NCBI GenBank assembly: GCA_934255405.1
Contig: CAKQNT010000002.1
Span: 56,668-120,667, forward strand
Direction of reading: 5' to 3'
Origin: an uncultured Alphaproteobacteria bacterium
Lineage (GTDB): Bacteria; Pseudomonadota; Alphaproteobacteria; RF32; CAG-239
Length of the DNA stretch: 64,000 nt
Below are positions 57,713 through 64,000 of the stretch, piece by piece. The notes under the pieces are model-generated. The model was not told the origin of the DNA and did no database searches. It saw only the letters and a program-made list of their open reading frames with translations. Positions within the stretch are counted from its first letter, which is position 1; the number at the start of each line of letters is the position of its first letter. The translations under genes and the position numbers were made by a program.

Positions 57713-59518
57713 ATGAGTGAACATAATTTAGATTTAATCCGAAATTTTGCAATTATTGCCCATATTGATCATGGCAAGTCTACTTTGGCAGATCGGCTGA
57801 TTGAAGCTTGCGGCGGACTCGAAAAACGCGAGATGATAGAGCAGGTTTTGGACAATATGGATATTGAGAAAGAACGCGGCATTACTATTAAAGCGCAAAC
57901 CGTGCGCCTTAATTATAAGGCTAAAGATGGCAAAACCTATCAACTTAACCTGATGGATACTCCGGGGCACGTCGATTTTTCTTATGAGGTTTCTCGTTCT
58001 CTGGCTTCTTGTGAGGGCTCGGTGTTGGTGGTTGATGCAACACAGGGAGTTGAGGCGCAAACACTGGCGAATGTCTATTTGGCAATCGATAATAATCATG
58101 AAATTGTGCCGGTGCTGAATAAAATTGATTTGCCTTCGGCAGAGCCGGAGCGCGTTAAGGCGCAGATTGAAGATGTGATAGGAATCGATGCCTCTGACGC
58201 GGTGGAAACTTCGGGCAAAACCGGTTTGGGAGTGCCGGAGTTGTTGGAGGCGATTGTTAATCGGTTGCCGGCACCGCAAGGCGATGAAAATGCTCCGCTT
58301 AAGGCATTGTTGATTGACAGCTGGTATGATAGCTATTTGGGCGTGATTATTTTGGTGCGAATCCATGATGGTGTTTTGCGCAAAAAACAACAAATTCGTA
58401 TGATGTCCAACAACGCAGTGTATCAGGTGGAAAAGGTCGGTGTGTTTTTGCCCAAAATGACTGATGTAGATGCACTGTATTCGGGGGAAGTCGGCTTTAT
58501 AACCGCCAGTATTAAAAGTGTGGGAGATTGCCATATCGGAGATACCATCACTGATAATAAAAAGCCTTGCGCCGAACCGCTAAAAGGCTTTAAGCCGTCG
58601 GTTCCAGTGGTGTTTTGCTCTATTTTTCCGGTGGATTCCAGTCAGTATGATTTGCTTAAAGACGCTTTGGCTAAGCTTAAGCTGAATGATGCCAGCATAG
58701 ATTATCAAAATGAAAATTCTGCGGCATTGGGATTGGGTTTTAGATGCGGATTTCTCGGATTGCTCCACATGGAGATTATTCAAGAGCGGTTGGGGCGTGA
58801 ATTCGATTTGGATTTGATTACTACCGCGCCATCAGTTGCTTATAAAATCCATCTGACCAACGGCGATAATATAACTTTGCATAATCCTGCCGATATGCCG
58901 GATCCGAGTGTTATCCGCGCTATAGAAGAGCCAATGGTGCGAGCAACAATTTTGGTGCCAGACACATATTTGGGGGCAGTGCTTAAGCTTTGTACCGAAC
59001 GGCGCGGCGAGCAGGTCGAGCTCACTTATGTCGGTTCTCGGGCAATGTTGGTATATAAGATTCCGCTTAATGAAATTGTTTTTGATTTTTATGATCGGTT
59101 GAAATCTATTACTAGCGGATATGCCAGCTTTGATTATGAACTTATCGGTTATCAAGAAGCCGATTTGGTAAAAGTGCAAATTTTAATTAATGAAGAGCCT
59201 GTTGACGCACTGGCATTCTTGTGTCACCGTAGTGAGGCCGAATCGCGCGGGCGTCAAATTTGCGAGCGCCTGAAAGAACTTATTCCCAGACACTTGTTCA
59301 AAATTCCAATTCAAGCGGCAATCGGAGGGCGTGTTGTGGCACGAGAGACAATCTCTGCCATGCGTAAAGATGTAACCGCTAAATGCTATGGCGGTGATAT
59401 AACTCGCAAGCGCAAACTCTTGGATAAACAGAAAAAAGGCAAACTCCGTATGCGCCAGTTCGGCAAAGTAGAGGTACCGCAGTCGGCGTTTATAGAGGCG
59501 TTGCGGATTGGAGATTAG
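57713..59518 (+). CDS. lepA: Elongation factor 4 (LepA)
   Basis: [29 protein letters not shown] and the LepA-specific C-terminus [21 protein letters not shown]. Confidence 0.96.
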   Translation: MSEHNLDLIRNFAIIAHIDHGKSTLADRLIEACGGLEKREMIEQVLDNMDIEKERGITIKAQTVRLNYKAKDGKTYQLNLMDTPGHVDFSYEVSRSLASCEGSVLVVDATQGVEAQTLANVYLAIDNNHEIVPVLNKIDLPSAEPERVKAQIEDVIGIDASDAVETSGKTGLGVPELLEAIVNRLPAPQGDENAPLKALLIDSWYDSYLGVIILVRIHDGVLRKKQQIRMMSNNAVYQVEKVGVFLPKMTDVDALYSGEVGFITASIKSVGDCHIGDTITDNKKPCAEPLKGFKPSVPVVFCSIFPVDSSQYDLLKDALAKLKLNDASIDYQNENSAALGLGFRCGFLGLLHMEIIQERLGREFDLDLITTAPSVAYKIHLTNGDNITLHNPADMPDPSVIRAIEEPMVRATILVPDTYLGAVLKLCTERRGEQVELTYVGSRAMLVYKIPLNEIVFDFYDRLKSITSGYASFDYELIGYQEADLVKVQILINEEPVDALAFLCHRSEAESRGRQICERLKELIPRHLFKIPIQAAIGGRVVARETISAMRKDVTAKCYGGDITRKRKLLDKQKKGKLRMRQFGKVEVPQSAFIEALRIGD

Positions 59519-59520
59519 TT

Positions 59521-59662
59521 AGTCGAGGTTGTCTAGAGGTTTTCTAGAGCAATTTGCGCAGGACGGAAGTGTCCTCGCGTACTATTTTGTACGCTCCGGT
59601 ACTTCCGCCTTTCAAATCACTCTATCTGCACCACTATTCGAGCGTGCTTGAGATTGTGCGGG
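59521..59662 (+). repeat. Mosaic palindromic intergenic repeat, copy E (variant)
   Basis: Starts 3 nt after the lepA stop. The left part equals the left part of copy B. The right arm is ctctatctgcaccactattcgagcgtgc at 59620-59647. Confidence 0.75.
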
Positions 59663-59749
59663 GTGGTGTGATTTATTTTGATATTGCTTGACCATAGATT
59701 TGCGCTTGTTATTATAATCGTATGGTTATTTTACAAAAGGAGATTGGTT

Positions 59750-60949
59750 ATGGCTCGGGCAATAATTTTGATGATGGATTCATTTGGTATTGGCGGCGCT
59801 CCCGATGCTTGTATGTTCGGCGATGAGGGGGCTGATACTTTTGGACATATTGCTAAGCAAAATCTGGGGCTGAATTTGCCTAATTTAATCTCGCTCGGGT
59901 TGGGTAAAGCGGCTTGCGAGGCCGTTGGACATGAGGCTGAATATGGTATTCAGGATATTGCTAAATTAAACCTTCCTTCTAAATATGGTCATGCCAAAGA
60001 AATGGGCAAAGCCAAAGACACAACCTCCGGACACTGGGAGATGGCGGGAGTTCCGGTATTGCAGGAATGGGGATACTTTCCTAAGGAGTATCCGTCTTTT
60101 CCGCCAGAATTAATTGAAGAGATTTGCAAAAAATCAGGTATTACGGGGATTTTGGGCAACAAAGCAGCTTCAGGAACAGTGATTATTCAAGAGCTGGGTG
60201 AAGAGCATATCAAGACCGGTAAGCCGATTTTTTATACCTCTGCGGACAGTTGTTTGCAGATTGCCGCTCATGAAAAATATTTCGGACTGCAAAAATTGTA
60301 TGATCTTTGTAAGGTTGCATATGAAGCGGTTAAGCCTTATCGGATTGCGCGAATTATTGCGCGTCCGTTTGAGGGAGAAAAAGCCGGTGAATTTGTACGC
60401 ACCAAAAACCGTCATGATTATTCGGTAAAACCGTTTGCTCCGACGCTGCTGGATAAGCTTAAAAATGCGGGGCACGAGGTAATTGCCATCGGAAAAATCA
60501 GCGATATTTATGCCGGTTGCGGGGTTAGTAAAAAAGTTTTGGCCAGCGGTTTGGAAGAGCTTTGGGATGTGACATTGCAAGAAATTAAAAATGCTTCTGA
60601 CGGCAGTTTGGTGTTTACCAATTTTGTTGATTTTGATATGCTTTACGGGCACCGACGCGATGTTAAGGGGTATGCCAGAGCGTTGGAATATTTTGACCGC
60701 CGCTTGCCGGAAATTGCAGAAGTTTTGCAAGATGACGATATTGTGATAATTACCGCTGACCATGGCAATGATCCGACCTGGAGCGGCACCGATCATACCA
60801 GAGAGCAGGTTCCGGTTATAATGTTTGGTAAAAAGGTAAAGCCGGCAAATATCGGAGAACGGCAGACTTTTGCCGATATTGCACAGACAATTGCTGAATA
60901 TTTGGCTGTTGCTCCGTTTGAATATGGCAAGTCTTTTCTTAAGGAGTAG
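59750..60949 (+). CDS. deoB: Phosphopentomutase
   Basis: [20 protein letters not shown] and [10 protein letters not shown]. Start at the ATG at 59750 behind AAAGGAG. Confidence 0.9.
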   Translation: MARAIILMMDSFGIGGAPDACMFGDEGADTFGHIAKQNLGLNLPNLISLGLGKAACEAVGHEAEYGIQDIAKLNLPSKYGHAKEMGKAKDTTSGHWEMAGVPVLQEWGYFPKEYPSFPPELIEEICKKSGITGILGNKAASGTVIIQELGEEHIKTGKPIFYTSADSCLQIAAHEKYFGLQKLYDLCKVAYEAVKPYRIARIIARPFEGEKAGEFVRTKNRHDYSVKPFAPTLLDKLKNAGHEVIAIGKISDIYAGCGVSKKVLASGLEELWDVTLQEIKNASDGSLVFTNFVDFDMLYGHRRDVKGYARALEYFDRRLPEIAEVLQDDDIVIITADHGNDPTWSGTDHTREQVPVIMFGKKVKPANIGERQTFADIAQTIAEYLAVAPFEYGKSFLKE

Positions 60950-60952
60950 CAG

Positions 60953-61699
60953 ATGAGTTGGTTTGCTTCTAATTTGCCGCGAGAAAAACATTGCTTTTTT
61001 GATGCTTCAGGAGGCTTTTCTACGGGGATTTATCAAAGCTTTAATGTTAGCATAAGCAGTCAGGATAATCCGCAAAATGTTCGCAAAAATTTGGAGAAGG
61101 CGGCGGCTTATTTTGGGCTTGAGCCGGAAAATTTGAATATGCTGAAACAAGGCGTTTCCGCTCATCCGGAATATGTGTCTGAGGCTAAACAATGGCAGGT
61201 TACGGCTGATGGAGTGGTTACCGACAAGCCTGATGTGATTTTGTGTATTCGGACGGCGGATTGTGCGCCGGTTTTGTTGGCAGACTACGCAAACGGAGTG
61301 ATTGGTGCTGCTCATGCCGGATGGCGAGGCGCTTTTGGAGGAATTATAGAAAATACTCTGAAGCTGATGTTGGACAAGGGGGCTGAGCTAAAAAATATTG
61401 CGGCGGCAGTTGGTCCATGCATAGGGCAAAAATCGTATGAAGTAGATGAGGTTTTTTATCAAACTATCGGAAAACCGGAATATTTTGCTGCCGGCAATCG
61501 GGACGGACGTTGGCAATTTAATTTGGAACAGTATTGCGTGGACAAGTTGCAGATTCTGGGGATTGAGAATATTTGCGCTTCCGGTATTGATACCTACGAT
61601 AAAGCTAACGGCTATTTTAGTTTTAGACGCAATACGCATTTGGGGCTAATCAGCCAACCTAAGGATTTTCCGGTGGAATTGAGCGCTATCGTTTTATAA
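60953..61699 (+). CDS. pgeF: YfiH/PgeF laccase-domain protein
   Basis: RTADCAPVLL and AAHAGWRG motifs. Confidence 0.85.
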   Translation: MSWFASNLPREKHCFFDASGGFSTGIYQSFNVSISSQDNPQNVRKNLEKAAAYFGLEPENLNMLKQGVSAHPEYVSEAKQWQVTADGVVTDKPDVILCIRTADCAPVLLADYANGVIGAAHAGWRGAFGGIIENTLKLMLDKGAELKNIAAAVGPCIGQKSYEVDEVFYQTIGKPEYFAAGNRDGRWQFNLEQYCVDKLQILGIENICASGIDTYDKANGYFSFRRNTHLGLISQPKDFPVELSAIVL

Positions 61700-61773
61700 C
61701 TCGGTATTAGTGCTTTTATTTTTGCGAATAACGATTATAATCGCATCATTGGTGCAATAGTGTAAGTTTTTTT

Positions 61774-62940
61774 ATGTCTCCTTTCGGTAAATTGACATTG
61801 GCATTAATCGGACTGCGTTTGTTTGGCGCGGAGGGTTTTTTTGTGGGAATGTTCTTGGGGCATTTTTTGATTGATAGGACCCATCTGATTGTATCTTTGG
61901 AACGACGTTTAAGTATCATCGATGATAATATCCGTCTGTTGTTGCCTTATAAATATTATCGTTTTTATAATCGGTTGGATGGACATTTTTGGGGCAAAAT
62001 CTGGGGCGCTATAATCGGTGGAACCCTGTGGGGGTTTGATGGGCTGATTTTGCTGTTTATTGTAGGGCATTTTGTGTTTGATACGCCAGACAGTCATCAT
62101 GCCAGAAGGTGGCGTAAGAAGTTTGATTACTTTTGGGATAATCATTGGGGGACAATCGGCGGAGCAATTTTGGGGTTTGTGTGCCGGAGCCGGATTATAT
62201 TGTTTTGCGGCGTGATTATCGGTTTTTTGGGTGACTATTATCGGATGGAAAACGCCTCGCTGATGCCGGTTGAGGCGGTTCGGCACTTTTGGAAAAGAAT
62301 TAATCCGCTCAAACTTTGGCGGCACTCCAAAGAGGCTCGCCATGTTTCTTTTATTCAGGCAATGGCAGGTTTGGCGGCTAAAGTAGCTAAGATAGACGGG
62401 CAAGTAAGCGAAAATGAGATTAGGACATTTAAGAAGCTTTTTGCAGTGAAGGAAGAAGAAACATCAAGAGTTGCCAGGGTCTTTAATGAAGCCAAAAAAT
62501 CATCAAAAGGATATGAAAAATACGCGGTTCAGTTGGCGGATATTTGTGCGGATAATATAGAGTTGCAAGAAAATATATTGGATAATTTATTTAAGATTGC
62601 GGTTGCAGACGGGGAAATTAAGTGTGAGGCATATGATTTGTTGGCAAAAATAGCCGGATTGATAGGTTTGCCCGATGGTAATTATGAAATGATTAAGGGA
62701 TTGTATACGCCTAAGGTAAAAAATCCGATTATTCAAGATTATTATGATGAGCTGGGAGTGCTTTATTCGGCCTCTGATGCGGAGATTAAGGCGCGTTGGA
62801 AGAAATTGATTGTGCAATATCATCCTGATCGACAGCAGGCAAAAGGGGCGTCGGCAAAAGAAATTGAGGCGGCAACTGCAAAAATGGCGAAAATTAATTT
62901 TGCATATCAGGAAATTGTAAAAATGCGGAGCGGAAAATGA
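61774..62940 (+). CDS. djlA: DjlA-like co-chaperone (triplicated Gly-rich TM module, TerB-like domain, J domain)
   Basis: The C-terminal J domain is DYYDELGVLYSASDAEIKARWKKLIVQYHPDR. The central region AGLAAKVAKIDGQVSENEIRTFKKLF is TerB-like. Confidence 0.8.
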   Translation: MSPFGKLTLALIGLRLFGAEGFFVGMFLGHFLIDRTHLIVSLERRLSIIDDNIRLLLPYKYYRFYNRLDGHFWGKIWGAIIGGTLWGFDGLILLFIVGHFVFDTPDSHHARRWRKKFDYFWDNHWGTIGGAILGFVCRSRIILFCGVIIGFLGDYYRMENASLMPVEAVRHFWKRINPLKLWRHSKEARHVSFIQAMAGLAAKVAKIDGQVSENEIRTFKKLFAVKEEETSRVARVFNEAKKSSKGYEKYAVQLADICADNIELQENILDNLFKIAVADGEIKCEAYDLLAKIAGLIGLPDGNYEMIKGLYTPKVKNPIIQDYYDELGVLYSASDAEIKARWKKLIVQYHPDRQQAKGASAKEIEAATAKMAKINFAYQEIVKMRSGK

Positions 62941-63653
62941 AGAAAGAATTGTCTGAATATTATGATGAACGCGATACTCAAATAGATATGCTGGTGTTGC
63001 ATTGTTCGGCGCAGACCGGAACGGAAATGCTTAAGGTCTTAAATGAACTCAAGCTCAGTGTGCATTATATATTAGATGAAAACGGAGAATTAATCCAATG
63101 CGTGCCGGAAGAAAAGCGCGCTTGGCATGCCGGCAAAGGATATTGGCGAGGCAGCGAGGCAAGTCTTAATTCTCGGTCAATCGGAATAGAAATTTCTTCG
63201 CCAAGTTTGGGACAAGAGGCGTATTCTGAGGCACAGATAAATAAACTGATACCTTTTTGCAAAAAAATAATCCGCAAATATGGAATTCCGGCACAAAATA
63301 TTGTCGGGCATTCAGATGTTGCTCCTTTGCGTAAACCTGATCCGGGGGTGGGTTTCCCGTGGAAACGTTTGGCAAAAGAAGGGGTGGGACTTTGGTATCA
63401 GCCCCGCAATGCTACAAAAACAGAAATAAACGATATAGCCAAATTGCTGGCTGAAATCGGGTATGATACACGGGATGAAAGAGCGCTCGAGGCATCAGCT
63501 TATGCTTTTTGCCGCCATTTTTTGCCGCAATATGTGCAAAAAGATGCCGATATTTATCATTTGCTGGAAAATATTTTACCGGATAATTTTAATTTTATGC
63601 AAGAGCCTAAATTTGTTGAAACGCTAAAGGCGGTGGCTTGGAGCTATCAATAA
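62937..63653 (+). CDS. N-acetylmuramoyl-L-alanine amidase (Amidase_2, AmpD/AmiD-like)
   Basis: LVLHCSA, RAWHAG, IGIEI and GHSDVAPLRKPDPG. Confidence 0.85.
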   Translation: MKKELSEYYDERDTQIDMLVLHCSAQTGTEMLKVLNELKLSVHYILDENGELIQCVPEEKRAWHAGKGYWRGSEASLNSRSIGIEISSPSLGQEAYSEAQINKLIPFCKKIIRKYGIPAQNIVGHSDVAPLRKPDPGVGFPWKRLAKEGVGLWYQPRNATKTEINDIAKLLAEIGYDTRDERALEASAYAFCRHFLPQYVQKDADIYHLLENILPDNFNFMQEPKFVETLKAVAWSYQ

Positions 63654-63844
63654 TAATCGTTGAAGAAGTGGTTGGGTTGATTTTATATGCGATGGGCAAT
63701 TATGGAGAATTGCTCGGTGCTGCCGCTTGAGTTGCACAGGCGCTCACGCTTTTTTTCAAAAAAAAGCGCCGGCATACTTCCGTCTGCCTTTCGCTGGTAG
63801 TCGAACCCTCTTCTCGAGGGTCCAAATCCGCCCAATCACAACAT

Positions 63845-63883
63845 CTACAAAAAAAGCACTCATAAAGAGTGCTTTTTTTGTAG
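63845..63883. terminator. Bidirectional terminator hairpin
   Basis: Perfect 17-bp stem ctacaaaaaaagcactc / gagtgctttttttgtag with a 5-nt loop. Confidence 0.7.
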
Positions 63884-64000
63884 ATGGCGGTGTAGTAAAC
63901 TTAAACGGTATTGAGCTTACTAAAGAATAAAATTTCACTAATGTTCGGAACCGACAACCTCAAATCTTTTCGAACATTGAATCACAAATGCATCATCACC

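Noticed and set aside
57734-58534. 266-aa antisense ORF within lepA.
   Set aside because: LepA on the plus strand is unambiguous. The antisense ORF has no start context or recognisable domain.
60170-60991. 273-aa antisense ORF across the deoB/pgeF junction.
   Set aside because: It overlaps two well-supported plus-strand genes. Its composition is that of a shadow frame.
63735-63845. A GGTTCGA-like T-loop motif and hairpins on the minus strand (gggcggatttggaccctcgagaagagggttcgactacc...aaggcagacggaag). I considered it as a tRNA, a tmRNA piece or an SRP RNA.
   Set aside because: - No cloverleaf can be drawn, because there is no acceptor or T-stem pairing around the motif.
- The SRP domain IV consensus (GGAA tetraloop with AGCA) is absent.
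- The tmRNA 5' consensus matches only loosely.

It remains an unassigned structured spacer between two terminators.
63935-64000. ttcggaaccga / ttcgaacatt motifs at the window edge, considered as a minus-strand tRNA.
   Set aside because: The reverse complement gives only an 8-bp stem with a 23-nt loop. There are no acceptor or anticodon arms, and the window ends before more can be judged.

Overview
This 64-kb chromosomal window is mostly housekeeping genes. By inference it comes from an alphaproteobacterium, possibly a host-associated lineage. The supporting markers are UPF0335/DUF2312, DUF2336, a split PntAA/PntAB/PntB transhydrogenase and an alpha-type large flagellin.

**Core genes.** ychF, trmL, gloB, an HD-GYP protein, nfu, murJ, typA, fdxA, htpG, groES/groEL, pntAB, ogt, pyk, rpmJ, ettA, galU, an AsmA-like giant, cdd-punA-deoC-deoA, tolB, ruvX, lepA, deoB, pgeF, djlA and an amidase. 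rpmJ is too short for the ORF track.

**Main accessory feature.** An AT-rich island of about 9 kb sits in tRNA-Gly(GCC) at 21954-31003.
- It is bounded by two displaced tRNA 3'-end remnants.
- It carries a truncated integrase, an amber-interrupted orphan gene and an RloC/PrrC-like AAA_13 anticodon-nuclease candidate split at an A8 tract.
- It also carries an HUH Rep-like gene, an HTH-Fic protein with a degenerate active site, an orphan C5 DNA methyltransferase and a one-gene islet.

**Other notable signals.**
- Five copies of a mosaic palindromic repeat family, each abutting the stop codon of a plus-strand gene. One copy supplies the last codons of ruvX.
- A frameshifted large flagellin flanked by a direct repeat, followed by a GC-rich, hairpin-dense non-coding tract.
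- A Ulp1/CE-clan peptidase-like orphan protein with a basic tail.
- A C-depleted, GGA-rich intergenic tract.
- An orphan HydF.
- A BacNav-type channel with a TLDGW selectivity filter.

No CRISPR array, rRNA or intact transposase was seen. All family assignments rest on motifs read by eye; no database search was run.
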